Source: Heptranchias perlo (taxonomy: Eukaryota). Taken from it: a stretch of DNA of 64,000 bases. Below are positions 38,692 through 50,777 of this stretch, one piece after another; within the stretch, counting starts at the first letter, position 1, and each line of letters starts with the position of its first letter. A program made the translations under genes and the position numbers. The stretch spans positions 30,194,001-30,258,000 of the forward strand of contig NC_090347.1 of assembly GCF_035084215.1 (NCBI RefSeq), read 5' to 3'. Below the pieces are notes generated by a model. It worked only from the letters and a program-made list of their open reading frames with translations. It was not told where the DNA came from and made no database searches.

Positions 38692-39553
38692 TCCAGGGAT
38701 GAGGGGCTTTAGTTATGTGGATAGACAGGAAACATGGAAACATAGAAAATAGGAGCAGGTGTAGGCCATTCGGCCCTTCGAGCCTGCTCTGCCATTCAGT
38801 ATGATCACAGCTGATCTTTTATTTCAATACCATATTCCTGCTCTCTCCCCATACCCCTTGATGCCTTTTGTGTCTAGAAATCTATCTAGCTCCTTCTTAA
38901 ATATATTCAGTGATTTGGCCTCCACAGACTTCTGTGGTAGAGAATTCCACAGGTTTACCACCCTCTGAGTGAAGAAATTTCTCCTCATCTCAGTCCTAAA
39001 TGTCCTACCCCGTATCCTGAGACTGTGACCTCTCGTTCTGGACCCCCCCCCAGCCAGGGGAAACATCCTCCCTGCATCCAGTCTGTCTAGCCCTGTCAGA
39101 ATTTTATATATTTCAGTGGAGAAGCTGGGGTTGTTCTCCTTGGAACGGAGACAGTTGCGAGGAGATTTGATAGAGGTATTCAAAATCGTGAAGGGTCCAG
39201 ACAGAGTAGCTAGAGATAAACTGTTTCCATTGGCGGAAGGGTCAAGAACCAAAGGACATAGGTTTAAGGTGATTGGCAAAAGAACCAAAGGTGACATGAG
39301 GAAAAACTTTTTTACACAGCGAGTGGTTAGGATCTGGAATGCAGTGCCCGAGGGGGTGGTGGAGGCAGATTCAATCATGGCCTTCAAAAGGGAACTGGAT
39401 AAGTACTTGAAAGGAAAAAATTTGCAGGGCTACGGGGATGGGGTGGGGGAGTGGGACCAGCTGGATTGTTCTTGCATCGAGCTGGCGCGGACTCGATGGG
39501 CCGGATGGCCTCCTTCCGTGCTGTAACCTTTCTATGATTCTATGATTCTATGA
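38692..39553 (+). mobile_element. CR1 3' fragment (+) interrupted by an antisense CR1 3' fragment (~38726-39117)
   Basis: Host sequence GATAGAC|TGGAGAAGCTG (contiguous in the 7180 copy) is split by a minus-strand RNFFTQRVVNLWNSLP fragment with a (TTTCTATG)-type tail. Confidence 0.9.
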
Positions 39554-41094
39554 AATTCTCCCATCCTTCTGGCTCAAAAAGGGCAGCGTGGAGGCAGTAA
39601 AGATATGAATATATTTAAAAAAGGAATACTTTGAGAAATAGAGATATCAGTTGCTAAGTGTGCAGCCTGGAACTGAACACGTGGAACAGAAACTTTCTGG
39701 TTTGATCCCTGGTCAATGGTGAGTTAGCTGATCTCAGCCTGGGGCAGTGCTATTACAATTGGGCTCAGAGCCTCTGGGGAAAGATTAGCCAGGTCTCGAG
39801 CATGAAGAATGGCTACTTGGACACAGCCCAAAGGAGCAACTGATACCAATGGAACTGTGCCCAGTATGAATCAGTGCCTTCAGAAGAGCATGGGTGAAAG
39901 TTGGAGGGAAGGGGTAGAAATAAAGGCATAGGCGGCTTAATAGATTTTTGACCTGCAGCCCCTGTTTCATCTAAACCTCTAATAATCAGTCTGGATTTCA
40001 ACTGCAATGGATCACCATCAATAGCATGTGACCACATTATTATTATTCTTCCTGATTTAATTTCAACTTGCAGCTAAAAGGCTTGAAATTATTCGTCAAG
40101 GTTACATTACTGTACTGATGTCGATATTTAGCTGGAGTCAGTGGGACTGCAAGTCTCCTGTGGTTCCAGGCTCACTAAGCAAAGCTGCTATCAACTGGGA
40201 AAGTTCAGTCAAGCTGGCATTTCATTTTTAGCACAGCATGGTAGATCTGACCAATAAATTACACAGCGCGTGTGAATTGGCAGACAAACCAATATTTTAC
40301 TTCAAACTGAATTACAGCAAGATTTTAAAACCAAAGAGAAGAAGCAGGCCACATGCCACGTGTATGTGTGCTAGCAATGAATGACATCCATCTGCACGTG
40401 AAGCTAAACTTTATTCTGCTGATCTTAGTGGACTGTCAGGAGAGGGCAATATCAACTGGATTGCAAAGTGTACAGGGCAGCACTTCGGAGAGACTAAAAG
40501 ATATTCAATTGACTCTCTTAGTGAGTTATGGGTCTCTTTGATTCCAGGAGGTCCCTTCTCCCACTGACTGTAACAGCGGAGTAGCTACTTTACGTGCCTC
40601 AGAGGTTTCTTCACCTCATGGCAACAGTACAGAGGAGCACTCCATCAGCTCCCTGGAGAAGCTTTTCCTCTTTGCAGGACCAGGCTGCCAAGACGCCCTT
40701 GACAAAGTCAGCCTGTCCTGTGACCATCCCAGAACTTGGGGACCCTGAGAGAAGGACCATCTCCATCCAAAAGAGGCTCAAAATATTTTGCAGCACCTCA
40801 GACCTAAGGCCCTCGGGTAGTGTGTAGAAGAAGTGTTCGAACACAGAAAAGCTTGTGTGGTCACAAGGGATGCGGATGGTGACAAAACTAAGTAATGTTT
40901 TTGTAAGTAGTAGTAATAAACACTGCTTAGTGTTTGGTTCTTATGTATGACAATGGAGAGCAGGTAATGCAGGTTTGAGGCTCAGGATTGTGTGATGGCT
41001 AGTTGTGAGGAGCAAGGATTTTACTTGGACAATAGAGAGGATAGTGAGAGGAGACAGATCTTTGATGGACTTAGACTTCCAAATAAGAGTGCTC

Positions 41095-41360
41095 TAATTA
41101 TTTGCAAAGGTGTGCCAAATAAGTCTGTCTCTCAGCTATCTAGCAGCCATTACCACTGCACCTGCTTCCTGTTCTCGAAGGGCCAGGTCTTCAGCATCAA
41201 CAGTGTCACCATCAGGCTCTCTTGCATCCTCCAGGACATCTACCATCAGTCTCTTCCTGATTGGAGAGTTCCAAAGTACACAGCATGCTACCAGTACTCA
41301 CATACAGTGCTGGGCACACCCTGGCAAACTGTGCCTTTTAAGTCTGGCGCACATTCTCAA
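41095..41360 (-). pseudogene. Degraded Harbinger transposase C-terminus
   Basis: Minus strand reads VLVACCVLWN, an acidic stretch and AAR*LRDRLIWHTFA, paralleling IIVVCCALHN...ARQAREALICQRFS. A GC-rich convergent segment with AATAAA at ~40600-40920 may be the ORF2 end. Confidence 0.55.
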
Positions 41361-42058
41361 GGGTGGATGGGAAGGTGAAAGTCCCAGAATTTAGGACACG
41401 TGACAGCATCCAGACCCACCTCCATCATTTTTGCATGTGCTGCCACTAGGAGGGCGAAAGCTTCTTTGGCGCACCCTGAAACTGAACAGAATTTATACCA
41501 GGGTGCTTCTCCAGTGGAACCCCAGCATCTCTGGCCCTGCAAAGGCAAAAGTGCTGACTCCCCCAACAGGAACTCTGAAGCCGAGGATCTTATAAGTTGA
41601 GGAATTGTGCCAACCTGTCTCTCTGTGTGTATTGTATCAGTGAATACTGAGCAGACCAGGCTGCTTTCAGTAACCGTATTCCTAAATGGCCAGGATTTTT
41701 TTAAATTCTCTGAAAAAAGACAATACCTGGTTCAAAGTTGTTGCACCTTAAACAATATGAGATCCAGGTGATGAAAATCCAACAAAGTTTGCAAAAGAGT
41801 TCAGTGAATAAATCAGTCGCAACCATAAATTTACTTAAGAGAAGGCTAACAAACGAATTAACCTCCTTGGACTTATACTGCAAATAGGGTAGAGCCAGTT
41901 AGACATGGTCCAGTTACTGTACATGTACAGAGTATGATGTGGATATTCAAATCCAGTTCCACAGAATGCACGAGACACATTTTTTAGTTGTTCATTTCTA
42001 TGCTGGCCTGTTGCCATAAGTATCAGTTGAAAAATCTAATCTGACAAAGCTACGGTAC

Positions 42059-42363
42059 AATGGGTAGCACGTTAACCCTTAATGTTCCCATTGGGTAGCA
42101 GGTTAATCCTTCAAGTTCTCATTGGGTAGCACGTTAACCCTTAACGTTCTCATTGGGTAGCACTTTAACCCTTAAAGTTCTCATTGGGTAGCACGTTAAC
42201 CTTTAACTTTCTCATTGGGTAGCATTTTAACCCTTAACTTTCTCATTAGGTAGCACGTTAACCCTTAACGTTCTCATTGGATGGCACGTTAACCCTTAAC
42301 TTTCTCATTGGGTAGCACTTTAACCATTAACGCTCTCATTGGGTAGCACGTTAACCCTTAAAG
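42059..42363. repeat. Minisatellite, ~10 x 31 bp
   Basis: Consensus ATTGGGTAGCACGTTAACCCTTAACGTTCTC; units start at 42059, 42090, 42121 ... 42338. Confidence 0.97.
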
Positions 42364-43089
42364 TACTGGAAGAAACTTTACAGCCTTTCAAAACCTACAC
42401 ATCTTTTCTACAATGAAACAGCTGCAAAAGGGTCAGCCTTTACATTTTTATTGATAGATATTAAATCAGTGATTTGCACAGGAAGAAAGATCATTTCTAT
42501 ATGTCATGGAGCTCTTGAAATATATACTTATTTTTTAAAAGGGAATTTTAATGTAGAAATAACCATTAATAAACAGTAACTTCCTTATAAATCACAAGTA
42601 ATATGTTTTCCAGACTCCACCAAGGACTTGATAAAATGTAGCAAACTAAATCTCTAAACTGAAGTTATAGCTAACTAATGAGATTTTTGATTTTGGTATT
42701 AACGTACCACTGTGATTCTCAAAGGCCCAAGAATAAAAAAATCAAAATAGTTTTTGCACAATGCTAGGCCCCTCATCTAATTCAGGATACTGCCATAAGG
42801 CAATGTAGTTCCTATGTACTTCAGCACAGAGCGATATCGTTGGTATCAAAATTTTATAGCACAGAGGCTATTAGCCCATCATGTCGGTGTTTTTCTTCCC
42901 TAGCATCATCCTAGTGATTCTATGCTTTTTATGGCTTTAATGTACTTTCTATAATGGGTACCCAAAACTGCACACTGTACTCTAATTGCAGCCTAACCAG
43001 TGTTTTGCACAGATTTGTCACTCTAGTTCCCTACGCCCTACGTTACAAAACTGAAAATGCTGTTGGCTTTATCCACTTAAACTCACTTT

Positions 43090-43684
43090 CATGGCAAAGG
43101 CTTGCACCCAATCTGCACAGGCTTCCAGGCCACTGCTAAATTGGTTGGTGCCTTTTTTAGGCTTCCCTGGAGTCCGCCAGAAATTATCACAGGCCTCATT
43201 TCAATATTGAAATGAAGCTCCTGTGCCTATATCAGACCTGGATTGTTGAATTTGTTTGGACTAGTCGGGGCTTGCGATGCGGCCTAACCAGTGGTCCTTA
43301 AAGGGACTGGTGGAGGTCTCTCAAAAACAAGCTGCAAAACTTACAGCAATATATTTGTGCAGTCATAAAGACCAAGAGTGCTCTGCCCGGCGCCACAAAA
43401 CAACTGTGGGCCACTGCCAGCCCGTCCTCATCCCCACTACTGATCGCCGCCCCGCCCCACCCCTTTGGACTTGCCTGTGGACCTCGGCGCTGGCTGAAAT
43501 TAGTTAGATCCCAACAGGCGACCTGCATCAGATTGCCTTATTGGAGTCCGCAACTTGACTGAATTACTATGATGAGGCCTGAGGACAAATTTAGGACAGT
43601 GCTTGGGTTTTTCTGCTCCAGCACACCAGCACTGTGCACCATCGGAATCGCACCAAGTTTGGGGTGCTAAAGAATTTAGGCCCC
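43090..43684. mobile_element. Degraded GC-rich Harbinger-like non-autonomous element
   Basis: GC-rich block ending AGAATTTAGGCCCC (TIR-like); left end unclear. Confidence 0.4.
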
Positions 43685-44476
43685 TATGCCTTTGAACCTT
43701 TGGGTCTCTCTGTTCACCCATACCCTTCAGTGGGGTATATTTTCAACTTGCCATCCAGGCATAAAACCAATGTTACAGATTGTCTGCCTATTATAGAAAT
43801 GAAAATCAGGCAGTTTCTATAGTGGGCGGCAACAACAACAGCATAAATGGACGTGGCGCCTGCTCTACTTATGTAAATCAACCTTACCCCAGGAAATGGG
43901 CCAGGCTTAGGGCATGTCGAAAGTCTCACCATATCGAAGATCATAGCCATTATGCTCAATCGAAAAATTCTGTCTTATATATTTTTATGTTACTTTATGA
44001 GACTTTGGTAGCTGGTCAATACTGTGGCCACTTTAATTTGATTAGGATGACTGCCTGCTGTGAGAGATTCTCTTGGCTGTCTGTGTTTCTCTGTGCTGGG
44101 GAAAGATGGAGGACTCACATTTATGACTCATGTAAAGGCAAATGAGTAACCACCGTATAGGTGGAAGGATTAAGAAATCGTAGATTCAGAGTTTGCCCAA
44201 ATGCTAAGAGATCAGTAACATTGATCCCTGGGCCATCAATTGTTTATATCTGTCCATGGCCTTTGTAATCATCTCTTCAAAGGTCCTTGACTGTGTTCTG
44301 AAAAGATGGGTGAGTTGCTATCTCGTCTTTGAGCTGTCAATGTTTACTGCTGGACATCTGTTGATCTATAACTTTTGACTATGGCGGTGTTAACTTTTTT
44401 GATTTTTTTTTGTCTTAATTCGGAATTCCAACCAAACAGAGATATAATACCATCCTGTATCAAGCTTTCACCAGTG

Positions 44477-44696
44477 AATCCCTGTTTTACCAGACAGCTA
44501 AGGAGCTGAGACTATAGGAGTTGCCTGCGAATATACAATTTCACACATAAACTTTGTATCACAGACATTGATCCAAAGTAAAGGTTAATCTCTGTTTTGC
44601 CAGGCAGCTAATGAGCTGGAGCTAATGGAGCACTTCATAAATATCCAATTTCACATATAAACTTCACATCATGGACATTGGTCCAAAGTAATAGTG
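44477..44696. repeat. Diverged tandem duplication, 2 x 110 bp
   Basis: AATC(C/T)CTGTTTT(A/G)CCAG(A/G)CAGCTAA...CAATTTCACA(C/T)ATAAACTT...GACATTG(A/G)TCCAAAGTAA at 44477 and 44587. Confidence 0.85.
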
Positions 44697-45234
44697 TAAT
44701 ATTATAGATACAGGCCAGAACTTTGAGATGTTTTATTGTATAGTAATGGATTAGTGAAACACTGATTTATCTGTCTGCTGTTGTTTTTCTTTTTGCTTCT
44801 GTTAACTTTACTTCTTAATAAGCCTGACTCGTAGTGTGCAGCCTGAGATATATATCATGTCAGAATATTATTTGTCCAGCAGTTAGAAAGATCAGGAGTT
44901 ACTGTGTCCAGTAAATGGACTTATTGTTCACCCAGCGCTTGCTACCTCCCAGATTACTGTGCACATAGAGTGGGCTTGTCTGTAGAACCAAACTTTTACA
45001 CTGAGTGAGAGAAAAATATGTGGTGTATGCCCAAATCATAACAGGGAGATTTCATTGCAGTTTCAAGATCCCAAGGGGTATAGGAAGACTAAACACTGTC
45101 AATATGTTTGATGTTGCCAAAACTGTACAATAAGAGGGTATGGATTCTAGCTCAGACGAGAAAGATTAATAGTTTAGATTGAATTACATAGAACATGGTG
45201 AATGTATAGAATGGACTGACCGGGGAGATAGACT

Positions 45235-46578
45235 GGGAAGCTTTTAGAAACAATAATCCGGGACAAAATTAATAGTCACTTGGACAAGTGTGGATTAATA
45301 AAGGAAAACCAGCACGGATTTGTTAAAGGCAAATCACGTTTGACTAACTTGATTGAGTTTTTTGATGAGGTAACAGAGAGGGTTGATGAGGGCAATGCGG
45401 TTGATGTTGTCTAAATGGACTTCCAAAAGGGGTTTGATAAAGTGCCACATAATAGGCTTGTCAGTAAAACTGAAGCCCACGGAATAAAAGGGGCAGTGGC
45501 AACATGGATACGAAATTGGCTCAGTAATAGGAAATAGAGGGTAGTGGTGAATGGTTGTTTTTCGGATAGAGGAAGATATACAGTGGTGTTCCCCAGGGGT
45601 CGGTACTGGGACCACTGCTTTTCTTGATATATATTAATAACTTGGACTTGGGCGTACAGGGCACAATTTCAAAATTTGCAGATAACACAAAACTTGGGAG
45701 TGTAGAAAACAGCGAGGAGTATAGTGATAGACTTCAAGAGGACATAGACAGGCTGGTGGAATGGGTGACACGTGGCAAATGAAATTTAACACTGAGAAGT
45801 GTGAGGTGATACATTTTGGCAGGAAGAACCTGGAGAGACAATATAAGCTAAAGGGTACAACTCTAAAGGAGTGCAGGAACAGAGAGACCTGGGGGTATAT
45901 GTACACATGTCGCTGAAGGTGGCAGGTCAGGTTGAGAAAGTGGTTAAGAAAGCCGGGATCCTGGGCTTTATAAATAGAGGCATAGAGTACATTATGTTGA
46001 ACATTTATAAAACACTTGTTCGGCCACAATTGAAGTATTGTGTCCAATTCTGGACACCGCACTTTAGGAAGGATGTGAAGGCCTTAGAGAGGGTGCAGAA
46101 AAGATTTACTAGAATGGTTCCAGGGATGAGGGACTTCAGTTACATGGATAGACTGGAAAAGCTGGGATTGTTCTCCTTAGAGCAGAGAAGGTTGAGAGGA
46201 GATTTGATAGAGGTGTTCAAAATCATGAAGCATCTAGACAAAGCAAATTAAGAAAAACTGTTCCTACTGGCGGAAGGTTCGTGAACCAGAAGACACAGGT
46301 GATTGGCAAAAGAACCAAAGGCAACATGAGGAAAAACATTTTTACTCAGCGAGTAAAGCTGGTTAGGATCTGGAATGCACCGCCTGAAAGGATGGTGGAA
46401 GCAGGGTCAATTGTGGCTTTCAAAAAGGAATTCGATATGTACTTGAAGGAAAAAAAATTGCAGGGATACGGGGAAAGAGTGGGGGAGTGGGACTAGCTGG
46501 ATTGCTATTGCAGAGAGCCGGCAAGGGCTCGATGGGCCAAATGGCCTCCTTCTGTGCTGAAACCATTCTATGATTCTA
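45235..46578 (+). mobile_element. 5'-truncated CR1 LINE (RT pseudogene), same subfamily as 5424-7615
   Basis: QHGFVKGKS, GVPQGSVLGPLLFLIYIN, YCVQFW, IFTQRV; ATTCTATGATTCT tail. Confidence 0.93.
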
Positions 46579-46747
46579 GAGGAGCTGGAGGACAACCAAT
46601 TATACTAAATGAGTGGGTTACATAAGCTAAATAAAAGTGTATAAAGTGGTTTAGAGATTGTGATTTAACTTACTTATTTTTTAAATTGGTCCACAAAATG
46701 GTCACAGCCCATACTATATCTTTAAACTGTCAGCACAAGTGGCATCT

Positions 46748-47160
46748 ATAGGAACATAGGAAAAGGAGTAGGCCATTCAGCCCCTCGTGCCTGCTCCGCC
46801 ATTTAATTAGATCATGGCTGATTTATGATCTAACTCCATATACCTGCCTTTGGCCCATATCCCTTAATACCTTTGGTTGCCAAAAAGCTATCTATCTCAA
46901 ATTTAAATTTAGCAATTGAGCTAATATCAATTGCCGTTTGTGGAAGAGAGTTCCAAACTTCTACCACCCTTTGTGTGTAGAAATGTTTTCTAATCTCACT
47001 CCTGAAAGGTCTGGCTCTAATTTTTAGACAGTGCCCCCTACTCCTAAAATCCCCAACCAGCGGAAATAATTTCTCTCTATCCACCCTATCTGTTCCCCTT
47101 AATATCTTATAAACTTCGATCAGATCGCCCCTTAACCTTCAAAACTCTAGAGAATACAGC
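46748..47160 (-). mobile_element. CR1 LINE 3' fragment
   Basis: DREKLFPLVG...KHFYTQRVVEVWNSLP. Confidence 0.9.
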
Positions 47161-48550
47161 CCTGTATATCTGAGAAAAAATATTGATAGTTGAAGAAACA
47201 CAATTTTTTTTACACCTCAAAAATATACTTAATGAGAATTGGATTGTTTTTTTGCCAGGGAGATGGACTGCAGTGCTTTGTTGTGTCATGTCAAAAGAAA
47301 ATAATAATGGATACAATTGAAGGGAAGCAGAATGGAATACAGCTGGTGAAAGTGTTTTAGGAAAACCTCCTCAACTTTATTAGGTCATTAAAACAGCACT
47401 TGAGCTGGAGCTCTGCTGCTAAATGACTCTCTCAGGAGGGCAATGCTATAAATCTAGCAAGAAGGTACCATCACTCATACTGCCCTTTCCCTAGTCACCT
47501 AGGCTTGAAGGAACGTAACAGGCTCTATCCCAAAGGATTCTGTATTTCAAAGATTTCTGATCATGTAAGTTTGCGGAAGGATTTGTGCAAATCCTGGCCT
47601 CAGAAAACATGTTGGAAAACGAATTTGAATTTTGGTGATCAAACTTCACTGTACATAGAAACCCAGCTATCCATCCAAATATATCATTAGAGGCTTCCTC
47701 AATTGAACAGGTTTGGTGCTACCATTTTTTAAAAGATCAGTACCGTATTTTTATTTAATAATGTAAACATGATATGCAAAGTATTGGGAGGGCAAATGAC
47801 CTGCCCCTCAAACAGCATTTTGTAACTACCTCTGAGCATAAACCTGGATTTACTTACCTTAAGAATTTTTTTCAACATTGCTGTAGAGATGGATCTTCTT
47901 CTGGTCAATAAATCCTGCTGATAGACTAGCTGAGATCAGAAACTTCAGATATTATAAGTAGAAAACCCATACAGTAGCACACTGTGATACAGTAAGTCTT
48001 GGCACCAATGCACTGCCACACTTGCACCATCTGCTATCTGATAGATGTGGCATCAAAATCTACCCAACCTGGCCAAGTTTGGAAAAATTCAACTAGGTTT
48101 GAATGGAACAATGTAGATTTTCAGGTTTGCGAATTACTCTGGAACCTAACTCTTTTCCCCCACCAACACTGGTTAGTGTTGCCAGAAGCTATAAATTACA
48201 GCCTTCTGCTGCAAGGTCCTGCAAACGTATTTCAGTTAGAGCCTTTGCCACAGTCTATATTGACTTCTAGAAGTGGAATTAAACCAGGGGGAATGACAAG
48301 AACGATTCGCAGCTCTGTGCTTTAGATGATCATTGCCCACCATTGCGATAGCACAAATTCTACCACTGGAATCTGTTATATAGATCGCTTTCTGAAGATT
48401 TTAAAGACCATTGTCATTGCTTGAAGAGTGGTAGTGGCAATGCAATCTGTAAAATATTAAAAATCTTATATCTCTGTGCATTTCTTGTGTCAACTTTTCC
48501 CATTATAAGTTTCCATGTCAACATTTTTAGTGGAAACTGCCATGTAAACT

Positions 48551-48720
48551 TGTCATGTTGTAATTACACCCTTCCACCAGCGGTGGCAGTGTAGCACCTC
48601 AGTTTTGCATCTCTTGGCCTGTACTGCAGAGAAGCTGCTTTATCTAAGCAACTCTACGTCTCTGTATAAAAATAAAGATAAGAAGTGTGACTTTAAATTT
48701 GGGAATGAATTACATTGGTG
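48551..48720 (+). mobile_element. Possible short LTR followed by a PBS-like TGGTG
   Basis: TGTCATG...TATAAAAATAAA...ATTACA|TTGGTG; contains CTCF-like CCACCAGCGGTGGCAG. Confidence 0.35.
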
Positions 48721-49102
48721 CACCCTGGTCTAATTATCCCCACGCTCTAATGCCCTTTCACCTGAATACGCCAAAACGGCTGGGAATTTCCTTGATGCTA
48801 CTCTCGCTCTGACTTCATAACTTCACCGGTAACGCTGTTTATCGCGTGTAGACGATGTTTTCCTCCGCACTTCTGGCAAAATCGTGGCAATGGGGTGGGA
48901 GCAGTGCCAAGGAAATCCCTGCCTTTGCCTTTACTCCCCATGTGCAGACCCATGGAAAATCAACTAGTAATTCCTGTTCCAATGGGGATCAAATATAAAG
49001 GTGGATTTACACAACAACTGCAGCATCAGCCATGTGTAGTAACGTGCGTGTCGGAAGACGATGAAGCCTTTCATGAGGGATTTTGTCAAATGCCTTTTGA
49101 AA

Positions 49103-49920
49103 ATCCAGGCTTGGGCTCATAAGTGGCAAGTAACATTCGCGCCAGATAAGTGCCAGGCAATGACCATCTCCAACAAGAGAGAGTCTAACCACCTCCCCTT
49201 GACATTCAACGGCATTAGCATCGCCGAATCCCCCACCATCAACATCCTGGGGGTCACCATTGACCAGAAACTTAACTGGACCAGCCATATATATATACTG
49301 TGGCTACAAGAGCAGGTCAGAGGCTGGGTATTCTGTGGCGAGTGACTCACTTCCTGACTCCCCAAAGCCTTTCCACCATTTACAAGGCACAAGTCAGGAG
49401 TGTGATGGAATACTCTCCACTTGCCTGGATGAGTGCAGCTCCAACAACACTCAAGAAGCTCAACACCGTCCAGGACAAAGCAGCCCGCTTGATTGGCACC
49501 CCATCCACCACCCTAAACATTCACTCCCTTCACCACTGGTGTACAGTGTCTGCAGTGTGTACCATCCACCGGATGCACTGCAGCAACTCGCCAAGGCTTT
49601 TTCGACAGCACCTCCCAAACCCGCGACCTCTACCACCTAGAAGGACAACAGCAGCAGGTACATGGGAACAACACCACCTGCACGTTCCCCTCCAAGTCAC
49701 ACACCATCCCAACTTGGAAATATATCGCCGTTCCTTCATCGTCGCTGGGTCAAAATCCTGGAACTCCCTTCCTAACAGCACTGTGGGAGAACCTTCACCA
49801 CAAGGACTGCAGCGGTTCAAGAAGGCAGCTCACCACCACCTTCTCAAGGGCAATTAGGGATGGGCAATAAATGCCGGCCTCGCCAGCGACGCCCACATCC
49901 CATGAACGAATAAAAAAAAG
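49103..49920 (+). mobile_element. LINE-B 3' fragment
   Basis: Closely similar to 15050-15845 and 56620-57408; poly(A) end. Confidence 0.92.
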
Positions 49921-49932
49921 TCTAGGTACACT

Positions 49933-50084
49933 GGAGGTAATTTTCAACCTACCACCAGAGCGTAAGGCTGGTGTTGCAAGTTGAAATCAATGGAAAAGAA
50001 AATCAGGTGATTTCTATAGCGGGTGCCTGATCACGACCTATGACACTGATTTTACACTCCGCTGGTAAGTTGAAAAATGCCATC
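49933..50084. mobile_element. Hairpin MITE (family of 22245 and 50634)
   Basis: GGAGGTAATTTTCAAC ... GTTGAAAAATGCC termini. Confidence 0.55.
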
Positions 50085-50633
50085 ATGGTACCTACAAGTT
50101 GCAGAAAACAGGCAAGGTTGTTTTTCACTGAACAACAAAAATCTCTAAATGAAACAACTACATGGTGAGCAAACCATTACCTTTATCCAATATTTCCAGT
50201 AAACCAACACATACACCATTAACAGTATCTATACTAATCCCAGTTGGTGTTAAAATGTTCTATTATGGCTCAAGGACAACATTTCATTAACCAATCTGTG
50301 ACGGGAGGTTTACATTAGGTGATAAGAGATGTAGATCACACTATTGCGCCTTTTGGTACTGGGCTCCTGACTTGGAATAGTGGGTGAAGTAAAATCTACT
50401 CAAACAAAACAATGTGTGCATTATAAAAAATATCAGCATTCATTACACTTGGTTAATGACATGTAAAAAACACACTGATTATAGCTTTTGTTTGAAGTAC
50501 TTACATTTGCTAATCTAGTTGTAGAGCACTTGAGGCATTGGCTAAACATCAAACTTACAATGCTGCAAAAAAACAACCTCATCTAAACTATTACTGAGCA
50601 ACAGATTTGATCCCTAGCATATACCAGACCCAA

Positions 50634-50777
50634 GGGGGATCATTTTCAGCAAGCTGGAGGATAAAACTGGCTTTGCAGGTTGGGCACCCCTTATAGAAAC
50701 CGTCCGATTTTCCTATCCATCACACCTGACCCACAACGCAGGTTTTATGCTCTGCCAATAAGTTGAATATTACCCCC
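50634..50777. mobile_element. Hairpin MITE with 3-bp TSD
   Basis: CAA|GGGGGATCATTTTCAGC ... GTTGAATATTACCCCC|CAA. Confidence 0.65.

Noticed and set aside
42059-42363. CRISPR array
   Set aside because: Units are contiguous with no unique spacers, there are no cas genes and the DNA is eukaryotic.
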